Source of the DNA: Octopus sinensis
Lineage: Eukaryota
Direction of reading: 5' to 3'
Assembly: GCF_006345805.1 (NCBI RefSeq)
Contig: NC_043012.1
Coordinates: 55,614,001-55,678,000 of the forward strand
DNA: 64,000 nucleotides
The notes under the pieces are model-generated. The model did no database searches. It was not told the DNA's origin and saw only the letters and a list, made by a program, of their open reading frames with translations. Below, in pieces: positions 13,225 to 26,545 of the stretch (within the stretch, counting starts at the first letter, position 1; the number at the start of each line of letters is the position of its first letter). The translations under genes and the position numbers were made by a program.

Positions 13225-13795
13225 TAGTTCATAATCTTTGTTCTAGATACCTTGAATGTGTTCAGTGGAGGTAGCCTTAGTCTTGTATATAGCTTCCTCA
13301 GCATTGTGTGACTGATTAATAGGGTATGAATCTTTGCTTTTGCAGGAGCAATTTACATTGACTGGTTTGATTGGGTTTCTTGTAATAAACTTTTGCATGT
13401 TTGTTAATTATTTATGTTGAATAATTTTTCTCTAATATTAAGTTCAGCAGGAAATGTTTATTGATTAAGTATAAGAAATGTTTAGCTATATTTGATTTAG
13501 TGTTAATGAGAAGGTGGATGGAGGTAGGATTTGAACCAAATGATTTTCTAACAACTTTCCTGCTACTGGGTAGCAATGGAACATATTTTCATGTATTTTT
13601 TTCTGTTAGGGCATTATTGTTGGGGTCAGCTACATTGAAGCTATTTTTAGTTGACAATACCTCAGAGATTTGTCCATTAACAATTTTGGCTAGGTTTTTA
13701 AAAAACTACAAACAGTGACAAGAATTTTCGACCTATTTGAGCTTTCTGCTTAGTTTCCTTATATGGTTTATGTTTATCTGTATTGAGGTCAAATG
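13225..13795 (-). mobile_element. Degenerate Penelope-like retroelement ORF remnant (RT C-terminus to GIY-YIG linker)
   Basis: Broken translations FDLNTDKHKPYKE, KIIWF, NTKSNIAKHFLYLINKHF, NCSCKSK and AIYKT resemble PLE motifs (YKPYRK, IIWFNPP, NIGKxFLxLIDKHFP, CNC) from memory. Confidence 0.65.
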
Positions 13796-16122
13796 TTAGA
13801 GCAGCTGGTGGCAGAATCGTTAGCATATCAGATAAAATATCATGCATTCAAATCCAATCAAGGTCAACTTTCCCTTTCATCCTTCTAGCATCATCATCAT
13901 CATCATCATTCATTTAGCGTCCGTTTTCCATGCTAGCATGGGTTGGACGGTTCAACTGGGGTCTGGGGAGCCCGAAGGCTGCACCAGGCCAGTCAGATCT
14001 GGCAGTGTTTCTACAGCTGGATGCCCTTCCTAACGCCAACCACTCCGAGAGTGTAGTGGGTGATTTTATGTGCCACCGACACAGGTACCAGACGAGATCA
14101 ATAACAAAAATGATTGTACTAATAACTAGGTCAGTTTCATCAACGACAAATTCAGAGTTAGAGTCACTAGGGCACACTGACATTGTCTTTAATTTCTTTC
14201 TGGTGCTGGCAGAAATGTTAGCATGCCGGGCAAAATGCTTAGCAGTATTTCGTCTGCCACTACGTTCTGAGTTCAAATTCCGCCAAGGTCAACTTTGCCT
14301 TTGATCCTTTCGGGGTCAATTCAATAAGTACCAGCTACACACTGGGATCAATATAATCGACTTAATCCATTTGTCTGTCCTTCTTTGTCCCCTCCGTGTG
14401 TAGCTCCTTGTGGGCAGTAAAGAAATAGGTAATACCTGTAATAAGATTGGTGCCAAGCTTTATTTGTCCTTGACCTTCTGTTGCATGGAGATGGGAGACT
14501 TATTACTTGGCCAACTGCTGTTCTTCCATACAGCTTTGACCAAAATTGCCCTCTGGCAGGGACACCTTAGTGTTCCTCCAACACAGACTGGAACCATACT
14601 TCCTAGGCGCAGATTGACTGAAAACTCTAAAACATTACTGTACTTATGAATATTGTAATTTGTGAATATTGTTATATTAAATCTGAAATTGTTGAAGCTC
14701 TAATTAATTCTTTTCTAAATACTCTTTTACTTGTTTCAGTCATTTGACAGTGGCCTTGCTGGAGCACTGTCTTTAGTCGAGCACATCGACCCCAGGACTT
14801 ACTCTAACGGTCTCTTTGCCGAGCCGCTAAGTTACAGGGACATAAACACATCAGCATTGGTTGTCAAGCAATGTTGGGGGAACAAACACAGACACACAAA
14901 CACACACACATATATATATATACATATATACGACAAACTTCTTTCAGTTTTATATATTTAATATGTGGTCATTAGTGTGACGTGATAAGGTAAACCAATG
15001 AACTCTATATAGGCCAATAGTTGTGAATCTATTCTTAATTGTATTCAAAATGTAAAAATCAACAAAGTCACGTCTTTGCTCTATTGAATAATCCCATACT
15101 GACACTTAATAAACCAGTAAAATTGTCTGTTCATTTTAATTCATGGAGGAGTTATAAAGAATAAGAGATTCTTGGAATGCATAGTAATTTCTATGTTATA
15201 GTAATTTACAGTATTGTATGTTTTAGCAAAGTTCAGAATGCCCGTAAGTAATAATTTAGAAATGGAAGTGTGGTGTTAGCAGTGTTATGAAAACATTTTC
15301 TGGCCATGAGGAAATATTACCTTCCTTGGAATCAGGTGAGGGTTGCTGACAGGAAGGGGCATCTGGCCATAGAAAAATCTGCCTTACTGAATTCCTCTGA
15401 CATATGCAACCAAAGGAAATGGGATATTACAAAGATGATGATGACGATCGTGAAGATGTTTGATGATAATGATGATAATGATGTTTATATCTTTATTTAT
15501 AAAAACAATTTTACATTGATCCGAGGGGTTACTCTATACTTTTGTAGGTTACTAGTTTTATTCTTAAACAAAAGTATTGTTGACTGTAACTTTGAAGTTT
15601 CAGCCTGATAGGATGAAAGACAAAGTCGACAGAAGAAACACCGCTAAGCATTTCCCCTGGCATGCTAACGTTTCCACCTACGCAAATATTCTTTTCTACT
15701 CTAGGCACAAGGCCCGAAATTTTTGGGGAAGGGGCCAGTCGATTAGATCGATCTCAGTACACAACTGGTACTTAATTTATTGACCCCAAAAGGATGAAAT
15801 GCAACGTCAACCTTGGCAGAATTTGAACTCAGAACATAAAGCCAGGCAAAATACCGCTAAACATTTCGCCTGGCATGCTAACGTTTCTGCCAGCTTGCCG
15901 CCTTTCCACCTATGCAAATGTTAAAAAAGAAATGGATACACTAAAAATAACAATAAAATATTCCTAAACTCCTTTGTAAATTTTTATATCAATTAAACAA
16001 TAAATTTTTCTCCACCTGCTGCACAGCTCTTACCTGTGTCCTTGTCCTAGACATGTAATGTCACCTGCAAAACAGCTGTTGTTATTATTCAGGTTGTGAA
16101 CTAGCAGAATTGTTAGTGTATA

Positions 16123-17900
16123 AGGCGGCGAGCTGGCAGAAACATTAGCATGCCGGGCAAAATGTGTAGCTGTATTTCGTCTGTCATTATGTTGTGAGTT
16201 CAAATTCTGCCGAGGTCGACTTTGCCTTTCATCCTTTCGAGGTCGATAAATTAAGTACCAGTTACGCACTGGGGTCGATGTAATTGACTTAATGCCTATG
16301 TCTGTCCTTGCTTGTCCCCTCTGTGTTTAGCCCCTTGTGGGTAATAAAGAAATAGGTATTTCATCTGCCATTATGTTCCAACTTCAAATTCTGCCGAGGT
16401 CGACTTTACCTTTCATCCTTTCGGGGTCGATAAATTAAGTACCAATTACACACTGGGGTCGATGTAATCGACTTAATCCGTTTGTCTCCTCTATGTTTAG
16501 CCCCTTGTGGGCAATAAAGAAACAAGAATTGTCAGTGTATTGGGCTATATGCTATTTCTTCTGAGTTCAAACACTGCTGTAGTTAACTTGGTCTTTCATC
16601 CTCTTAGGGTTGATAAAATAAGTACCAGTTGAGTACTGGCGTTAAATATAATCAATTGGCCCCTGTTCTTTTAAAATTTCAGGCCTTGTGGCTATAGTAG
16701 AAAAGATTATATAAGACAGCGGCTGGCAGAGTTGTTAGCATCTCAGGTAAAACATTTAGCAACATTTTGTCTGTTTTTACATTCTGAGTTCAAATTCTGC
16801 TGAGGTCAACTTTGTCTTTCATTCTTTTGAGGTCAATCAATTAAGTACCAGGTGAGCACTGGGGTCAGTGTCATCAACTAGCCCCTCACCACAAAATTTC
16901 AGGTCTTATGCCAATATAATAAAAAGGATTACCAAAGGTGATGAACTGGCAAAATTGTTAGCAATCTTGGAACAAAATGCTTAGCATTTCTTTCAGTACT
17001 TCCTGAGTTCAAACCATGCTGGGGTCAGCTTTACCTTTTATTCTCTTAGATTTGATAAAGCCAGTACCAGGTGAGCACTGAGGTCAATGTGATTGATTAG
17101 CCCTCTTTCCCAAAATTTCAGGCTTTGTACCAATAGTAGAAAGAATTATATAAAACAGTGGGTTGGCAGAACCATTAGCATGTCAGACAAAATGCTTAGC
17201 AGTATTTCTTTTGACTCTTTATGATCTGAGTTCAAACACTGCTGAGACTGACTTTGCCTTTCATCCTTTTAGGGGTAAGATAAGTACTGGTCAATTACTG
17301 GGGTCAATGTAATGACCAATCCCCTGCCCCTAAAATTACTGGCCTTGTGCCAAAATTTGAAACCATTATTGAGAATGATGGATGTTAGCATCATTAGAGC
17401 ATTGCAAAAAAATACCTTGTGGTATATCTGATTATTTACCTTCTGAGAACAAATACCATTGGTGTCAATTTTGCCTTTCATTCTTTTAGTGTTGATGAAA
17501 TAAAGTGGCAGTAAAGTGCTAGAAGATACTTGCTCAAGGTGCTGCTGTCCAGTGGAATTGAACATGGAATCATACACAAAACAAACTTAACCTTACAGCC
17601 ATACTTGTGCCTATGACCTGCTCCTCTGAAATTGCTGGCCTTGTGCCAGAATTCGAAATAAATATCTTGTGGTATTTAAAGCAGTGAGCTGGCAGTATTG
17701 CTAGTGTGCTGGGTAAAATGCTTAGCTGCATTTAGTCTGTGTTCATGTTCTGAGTTCAACTTTATCTTTCATCCTTTTTTTTGTGTGTGTGTGTGTGGGG
17801 GGGGGGGTCAATAAAATTAAGTACCAGTTGAACACTGGCACCAAAATCAACTTACCCACTCCTCCTGAAACTACTGGCCTTGTGCCAAAATTTGAAATCA
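16123..17900 (+). mobile_element. Head-to-tail cluster of about 8 copies of a second SINE family; inverted copies at 15610-15902
   Basis: Repeated gagctggcagaa..ttagca...ctgagttcaaattc..gaggtcaactttgcctttcatcctt..gataaa..aagtaccag every ~200-250 bp. Confidence 0.85.
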
Positions 17901-18844
17901 ATATCTTGTTTTATTTAGTCATGATAGTGGTTTTAATTATTGGATAAGTCAGTGTGTTTGTTCTTGAGCATTTCATCTCACATTGTTCCAGTTCACTCAA
18001 CTGTAAATAAGTTCCAGTAATAACTGGGAAGTTAAATCTGCAACAGACCAATGTTCTGTTCAAGAGGGAGCATTATAAATTACTTCCTGGAAGCATTTCT
18101 TTAGGTATTGAGTTCTTCTGTGCACAAAAATATATGCAAAAAGAAAAATCTTTTGTTGCCATGTGCTATGTAAAGGTGTGTGGCCCAGTAGCTCGTGTGT
18201 TGGGCTAAACAGAGGAGACAAATGGATTAAGTCGATTACATCGACCCCAGTGTGTAACCGGTACTTAATTTATTGACCCTGAAAGGATGAAAGGTGAAGT
18301 TGACCTCGATGGAATTTGAACTTGGAACGTAAGGGCAGACGAAATACCTATTTCTTTACTCATTTTTACCAACTGAATGGACTGGAGCAATGTGAAATGA
18401 AATGCTTTGCTCAAGAACACAATGTGTTGCCCAGTCCAGGAATTGAAACCACAATCTTACAATCACGAGTGCAACACCCTAACTACTAAGCCACACACTT
18501 CCACTAACACATATATAGTGTCTTGCTTGGAATTGAACTCAGAACCTCTAGTTAACTATATTGCATTAACCACTGCCTTCCTCCACAAAAATTATATACA
18601 TGGAAATTGGATGAAGCTCCAGCTGTACAAGTCCTAGGGCTTGAAGTCCATCCCCCTTAGCCCTAAATTTTGTACTGTACTGTGCTGTGCTGTACATCAG
18701 TCCATGTCTAGCATCAGATTTGTCAGGTTTTATTTTATTCTTTTATATATCTTTGTCTTCTCAGCAGTTGTTTTCTATAAGGTTTCCAACCAGCAATCCT
18801 TTCAATATCTTTCCATTATTTATTATCAATATATAATGGGTGTG

Positions 18845-19158
18845 GAGGCGCAATGGCCCAGTGGTTAGGGTAGCGGATTCACAGTCGTAGGATCACGGTT
18901 TTGATTCCCAGACCGGGCGTTGTGAGTGTTTATTGAGCGAAAACACCTAATTCTCCACGGGGCTCCGGCAGGGGGGGGGGGGTGCCGATCCCTGCTGTAC
19001 TCTTTTGCCACAACTTTCTCTCACTCTTTCTTCTGTTGGCCTGCTCGCTTAGCCAGCAGGGTGGCATCATTTGAAGGCTAAAACAATGCGCTTCGCATTG
19101 TGACCAGCGATGTGTAACAACATCTGATAGCCTGGTCGGTCATGGTGATCACGGTGAT
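18845..19158 (+). mobile_element. tRNA-headed SINE (third family); related heads at 49833-50070, 23448-23590, 27247-27460, 59939-60135
   Basis: tggcccagtggttagg A box, ggtt..attccc B box, followed by a non-tRNA body. Confidence 0.75.
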
Positions 19159-19439
19159 ATAATGGGTACAAGCATGATTGTGTAGTTCAAGAGTTTTTAG
19201 TCCCACTGCATCCAATCCAAAAGATTGGAAAAAGCCACTCAGAAGGCCTCCATGATGGGAAGACAATTTAATAAAACAATTTGGGCCAAGGTGGAAAAGA
19301 ATGGGGTAAACAAGACAGAATTGGAAGCACATTGTGACCATCAGTATATAACATTTGATAATCTGGTCAATATAGACAGATTAGTGGGAATATACACTCT
19401 TTATCTTCGCTTTTTAATTCAGAAAAAAAAAAAAAATAA

Positions 19440-19487
19440 AATGAACAACAAAACACATTTGTATATATATTAGCAAAAAAATTTATT
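19440..19487 (-). terminator. Probable polyadenylation site of filamin (3' UTR about 19460-20540)
   Basis: AATAAA at 19487-19482 followed about 25 nt later by a GU/U-rich tract (tgtgttttgttgttc). The sequence between here and the stop codon is free of SINEs. Other AATAAA hexamers lie upstream. Confidence 0.55.
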
Positions 19488-20540
19488 TTAATAGCATATC
19501 AAATTTGCATGCTTCTTAAAAAAAATTAAATTAAAAAATTTGATGGGTAATTTTTTTCCTCTCCCCCTCCTCTCTCTCCCTTCCTAGTGGCATTACCAGA
19601 AGATAGGCGTAATTAATTAGGGTCACGTTGTAAGACAGGGAGGTTAGGAGGTATTCCAGTCTGAACTTTGATTGTGCTTTTATTGAAGAACTTTTAACGG
19701 AAAGAGATAGCATCAACTATAGATAGAAAAACACTAATAATAATAATAATTATTATTATATCAAAAATGAAAATAGCAACAATGCAGGGAAAATAACTAC
19801 ACTAATAACATCTCCCCCAACCTACCCTTCTGCCCAGCCCTGCATATCTTTCATTTTATTTTATTTTTATACATTTTCCTGCTATCCTTGAAAATTTGTA
19901 CAAATATAACTAACAAAAATAGTTTGATTTTCTTTATGTTTCCAATACATGTAAGAAAAAAAAGGTAAAAATTATAAATTTCCTTTTATTAATCTCAATA
20001 TTTCTTCAGCATTATAGAATATATATATATATATATAGATAAAAAAAAATTGCAAAAAAAGTTTCAATTTTAAGACTAGAATATAAAGCTCAGTAACAGT
20101 AATTGCTTGTAAGGAAAGCTTAATCCAATAAATATAATTTGTCAAGGTGGACAAGCGAAACTGCGAGGAAATCAACAGAAGTATTATATATTTATAAAAA
20201 AAAAAAAAAGCACCATTTTCAAAAAAAAAAAAAAAAAGGAAAAAATATAGCAAATTGAATATATTTTGTAACAAATTATTTTGTTTTCATCTGTTGGATG
20301 AGGAAGCTTCAAAATATAATCGAATTGATGGGTAGCATCATTGGCTGAAACTGGTTTCTTGAGATTCAGATATTAATCCGACTGATGTTGGTGTGTCATG
20401 GTTCACTCCGCGTGCACTCAAAAAAAAGTTACAAAGGTTACTCTCGGAAGTTGACAGGGGAAGTCATGAAAAGGAAGTGGCGAGGGTGGGGGTCATTTAA
20501 CAAAATTGGGAAAAATAAGAGGATGGGAGGTAAGATTGGT

Positions 20541-20728
20541 TCACTGAACTTTTACACAGAATGGACTGCCAGGGATATGATCATCGCCCCATTTCACCAT
20601 CAGCATATATTCTCCGACTTCCTGCACGAGATAAGACACATTGTACTGGTTATTTCCAAGATGCTTCACCACTAATTCCTCACAAGGTCCTTTGGGTCCT
20701 CGCATACCAACGAACATTATATTGACAC
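20541..20728 (-). CDS. FLNA: Filamin terminal coding exon (Ig24 dimerisation repeat): [62 protein letters not shown]
   Basis: cag acceptor, TGA at 20543-20541; KWGDxHIPGSP signature of repeat 24. Confidence 0.97.
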
Positions 20729-23700
20729 CTGCAACAACAGAAGAGAGAAAACAAGTTTAATAGTGTTGAAACCAACTATGCTGGAGAGTACCCTACACAT
20801 ACAAGCTTCATACCATTCTGAATATTTCCTGGAAAGAACATCCTATCACACACACGCACAAGGGAGAGAGTGTTAATCCATTAAATCTACTCCAGTGCTC
20901 GTCTAGTACTTCACCAACCTTGGATGAAAAGCAAAGTTGACCTCAACAAGATTCGAGGTCAGAAGATCTATTTATTTAGACAAATGATAGAAAAATGAAA
21001 TTAATGACATTCATTACTTAACCCTTTCGTTACTGTATTTATTTTGAGATGCTCTGTGTTTCTTTCAATTACTTTAAATATAACAAAGAATTTAGTAAAA
21101 TAACTTCATTATCATTAAGCTAGTGTTAGAAACATAAATTGTGACTAAGGTATGGTGGAAGATTTTCATTCAAAACTCATGAAAACAAGACCTTTGTACT
21201 ACAGAGCCAGAGCTGGTTTCAGCCGGGTTGGTAACAAAAGGGTTAAAAACCACTACAATTGATCTGATGCATTCTTGCACCTGTAGTTCAAAAGTGCACA
21301 GTTATTTATTTTACATCCCACATGTAGAATGCACCTCCTTAGGTGATTGCTTAAATAAGTTCTTCATTAGATACTCTTGCCATTTCATTCAGCATTCTAC
21401 AAGGTTTTCACAAGGATCTCTCTTAAATTTACATATCTCTGAATCATCATTTCAGGCCATTTTTCCATGCTGGCTTGCTCAATTCAACAGGATCCTCCAG
21501 TGAGTCAGATATAAATCCAATATTGGTGCACAGTGCAGTTTTCAATGTATAAATGTGCAAGGGTCCATATAATATACACACATTACACATGCATATTTAT
21601 GCTTGTGCATTAATTACAGACATATGTCGTGTTTTCCTGTCATTACCTCCCCTCTCCAACATTTTCCTAATATCTTTGTCATTCCTTCAATTCCTCACTC
21701 TGGCCCTTTTTATTGACGCTGGTTACTTCCCCACTTCCCGTCTTTCTCACTAATCCCAATATATTAATCAGTTAACTTTCTTCTTCCAGTTCTCTCTGAT
21801 GAAAAAACCGACTTCATTCCTTCCTCACAGTACATTATATATATATATATATATATTCCAGTGTTCTCATTTGTTTTACTAGTCACTGGTTTCTTTGGAT
21901 TCTATTGTTTTACTATCCAAAAGATGGAGCATCTTTTACACACTTATGGAAACCAGAAATAAGAACTATTTCTTTAGAGAGACATAAGCCAAAGAGCAAG
22001 CTTAAAAATCATCCACAAAATCTGTGGCCCTCAGCTAATGTTAAAAATCATATAAAGTGAAAAGTGACAAAGTACTTACCAGCATTGGTAGTATCAATGG
22101 TGAAAGTGTTAGCCTTGCCACGAACTGCACTGTTTAATCCATTACCACGAGCAACAACTTTACTGGGATCAGACTGGTATTGCTGTACACCACTGAAGCG
22201 AGTAGTTGTGCTGGTTTTAGTGACAGTCTCTACAACAACTGAAGCTTGCTCATGGAATCCAGAAGCATGGCCATCACCTAAAAACAGAAACGAAGTGAAA
22301 ATTTTAAAACATTTGTGATTTAAGTTTACTACATTGCATATAACACCTACATTGTTAACAGTTTTGGGATTTTTATATATGAAGGAAACAACAAAATTGA
22401 AAGCTTGGATGAGCTCTAACGATTTAGCATTCAGTTGGCTGAGTCAAATGTAATTCTTAATTTATTCACCGTTTTGAATAAATCCCACATTATCATGTAG
22501 CTTCAAGGTTTTAATGATGTCATTATTATTTTCAGAATGACATTGTCAGGTAGGTGAGAGATGCCAGATCTGGCCAATTTGAACATAAGACATGTAGTCC
22601 TTTAGCATTTAAGCTAGTCATATCTGGCCTAAATATTCTAAGGATTCTTTACATCATTACATTATAGCATTGGTGGTTGTTCCTCAATTCACATTTCAAT
22701 AACTTACTTGTAGCCAAACTCTCAGTAAACTGAATATTTAATATCTGAATTTCAAATTATCCAGGGTCTCAATGTTTAGTATAGCTTCTTTTAAGATCAA
22801 ATCACATATCTAAACAATCAGTTATTCAATCAAAATGTGCTGCCTGTTTCATTCAGATAATCAATGTTCAATTGTATAATTTAAAAAGGTTTTTATCTTT
22901 TTTTTTTTTTTTAATACATCACATACACTCCTTATACTTGTTTAATCATCACTCATTCACGAGAATAGACCCGATAGCTTATGCCATACTTTTAGTAGCT
23001 GTTTCGGTTACCTGTTTAGTTGCAAGAAGACACAAACACTCTTGGCCTTCCCATCCTTCATTCAATGGAAAATGAAAGATATAACAACTGGAAAGGGAGA
23101 GAGTGACACCAGCAATGTGAAATGAAGTGCTTTTACTCAAAGACATATTGACCAATCCAGGAGCAAAAAGAAAAAAAAAAAGGGTCCTTCTCAAGTTGTA
23201 CCAACTCATAAGGGCTGGTTTCCTGGTGCATGCATCAGAATTTTTAATTTGGAACATAACCCTTTATTTGATGCAAAGGCATATACTTTTCTCATTCCAC
23301 TGTTTTTCATGGCATTTTTCACTTCAGTTGATTTTTTTTTTTTTACCAATTTTTGTGGAGGAAGGCAGTGGTTAATGCAATATTGTTAACTAGAGGTTCT
23401 GAGTTCAATTCCAAGCAAGACACTATATATGTGTATGTGTTAGTGGAAGTGTGTGGCTTAGTAGTTAGGGTGTTGTACTCATGATTGTAAGATTGTGGTT
23501 TCAATTCCTGGACTGGGCAACACATTGTGTTCTTGAGCAAAGCATTTCATTTCACATTGCTCCAGTCCATTCAGTTTGTAAAAATGAGTTATGATCATAA
23601 GCTTAACACACGAGCTACTGGGCCACACACCTTTACATAGCACATGGCAACAAAAGATTTTCCTTTTTGCAGATATTTTAGTGCAGAGCAGAACTCAATA

Positions 23701-23871
23701 CCTAGAGAAATGCTTTCAGGAAGTAATTTAAAAAAAAAATTTTTTATAATGCTTCAAATTCTTCTTGACATGATATTTAGAAGATGTAAATATATGACAG
23801 TTTGAAATACAAAGTTGACCTCTTAAATTTGGCATTCTTTGGTCTAGCAGATTTTGAATCTGAAACTGGTA

Positions 23872-23914
<43 letters not shown>

Positions 23915-26513
23915 CATATGTATATATCTGAAAGAGAAATGGGATGACTATATTTATACACAGACATCCCTTAAGGGGGCTATCTGTTTTTTGGCATTTT
24001 TTCATTGACTGGCAACAGCCAGGATGCAAGGTTGATAGATTTGAGAGAGAAAGAGAAGAAAAAGAGAGATAGAGAAAAGAGAGAGAGAGAGCGAGAGAGC
24101 GAGAAAAAGAGAGCCTACCTGTAATCTTTGCTTTGAATGGAGAACCAGCAATACCAACGCCACCATAGCGGATATTAATAAGATAGTCTCCGGGTGCTGT
24201 TGGTGTGTAGCTGAATTCATATCCTTCTTCAACTTCTCGGCAATCTAATTTCACCTTAGATGGGCCTTCAACAGTAACGGCTAATGCACCAGAGCCGGCA
24301 TTAACTGTGCTAATTATGAATTTGGCTACTTGACCTACAAAAACGAAATTCAAACCACATTAAGCTTTTCATTTACACTGTAGGTATTTAGCAACAGCTT
24401 AATACCTTTGCAACCATACATCAAGAAATATATTACCTAGAGGGTTTTAAATTAACTTTTTTTATTTTTTGAATGCAAAATTATTAAAAGATGAGTAATT
24501 TAAAATGAGCTTTTGCCTTATAAAATTAGGTATGGTCTTAGGTGAATTGCTGTCAAAGAGTTTATTAGAAAGTTAACTGCCATCTCTGAAAATGGATTCC
24601 AATGGCATAAAAGTAAAATCTACTAAAAAATTTTTTTACATTTAAAATGCTATGTCCCTGCCCAACACAAACATATCTTAATTTTAGATACATCTATACA
24701 AGGTAATACAGAAATTATATATTTCATTAAAATATGAAATTCAATTTCATTTTTGGATTTGGTTTGCAAGATTCTTTATATGAGTTCATGTGTTGAAGCA
24801 TATTCTGTTGTGTCTGGAGAGAGTCATTTTCTTTTTGTGCCTTATAATTTAACACACACACCGGTAAAATTTCCACTTATTTCTTATTTTTATTTTCCTA
24901 AAATTTTTGTTGTGTCTTTCAACCTTTTCAATAAGGTGAGTGTGTTAAATTATAAAGCACAAAAAGAAAATGACTCTCCACAAACACAACAGAATATGAA
25001 ATTCAAATTTTCTGTTTATTATTCTGAAATTAGATTTTTAAATAGTCTGCAAAAATCCTTTAAAATAATCCATATTTAAAATTTTTTTTTTTTCATTTAG
25101 AATACAAAGTTCCATCGAAATTGACTATTACAAATAATATGTTCTTAAATGGAGGAAACTAAACTGGAAACTTGTTTGAACGAATCAAGAAGTTTAATAT
25201 AGGGACAGGTGTGGCTGAGTGGTTAAGAAGCTCGCTTCCCAACAACATGGTTCCAGGTTCAGTTGCACTGCAAGACACCTTGGGTAAATGTCATCTACTA
25301 TAGCCTCACATTGACTAAAGCCTTGCAAGTAGATTTGGTAGAGGAAAACTGAAAGGAAGCTCATTGTGAGTGGTACTCCACAACTGCTTGGTTTGTTTAC
25401 ATCCCCATAACTTAGAGGTTCAACAAAAAGACCAATAAAATAAGTACCAGGCTTTAAAATACAAAAAAAGGTATTGGGTTTGATTTATTCAACTAGAAAC
25501 ACTTAAAGGTGGTGCCCCAGCATGGCTGCATTGTAATGACCGAGAGAAAAGATTTAACAATTTCCTTCAAATTTCTAGCAAACAGAACTAGCTTCCAAGT
25601 CAGAGCCATCTTAGCATCACTATAGGACTTCAGGGACTGCTGGGAAACAGCCTAGTGTGCCCATGCCTTAAGACAATATTGCTCCAAGTCAAAGACTAAT
25701 TAGTTACTTACGTGTGCGTCCTTGATATAAGCCTTCTCCGTAAGCAGTGACCCTTCCTGGATCAGCATCAACTTTACCAACAAGTACTCTGAAAGGACTG
25801 CCTGGGATATGACAACCATCGAAAGTAACATGGACAAGGTGAGTTCCATTTTCTTTAGGGATGAAACTGACAGCATATTCACCTTAAAAAGAGAAAAAAC
25901 AAATTAATAAGTAGCAGAGGTATTTGTAGTTTGCCTAATTATATAAATATTTTTATAAGCAAAAGGGTGAACCAATATTTTGATTTGTCTTAATTCAAAA
26001 AACTAAAGATATTCTGAAACAGAAAAAGAATAATGAAAAACTTAAACTATAAAAACTAAAGTAATAAATGAGAAACTCTGCAAGTTTATATATAATATAG
26101 CTCAAGGTTTTAAAATATCTTTAAAGCCAAAGCTACATGATGTTAAATAGACGAAAAAAGAAAATATTCATTAAGTGCTGGTGTGCATTAAGCAATTTTT
26201 CTTTTTGTTTTTACTCGTTGCATAAAAACTGTTCACATGTGGAATCATTTACAGGATTAAACAAATATTTTTTTTTTTTAAGTAACAACAAAAAGTAAAA
26301 CAATATCAAAAGCTTCATTATGATGAAAAATATAGCCATGCTGCATAAGATATTACACATTAAAGACAACAAAAACAAGAAAAAAAAAGAGAAATGATTA
26401 ATGACTAGCTGTATAACTAAAGTGTCTAGACCAAAATGCCATTGTATTAACTTTAAATTTTCCTTTTTTTTTTAAATGCCAAACTATGTATATGTGTGTG
26501 AGTGTGTGTATGG

Positions 26514-26545
<32 letters not shown>

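Noticed and set aside
13930-14304. Recurrent ORF family 'MLAWVGRF...[10 protein letters not shown]'
   Set aside because: A chance reading frame through a high-copy repeat; copies break frame at different places.
18845-18915. tRNA gene (also at 12104, 13224, 49833)
   Set aside because: A/B boxes are present, but I could not build a full cloverleaf and the sequence continues into a repeated body; these are SINE heads.
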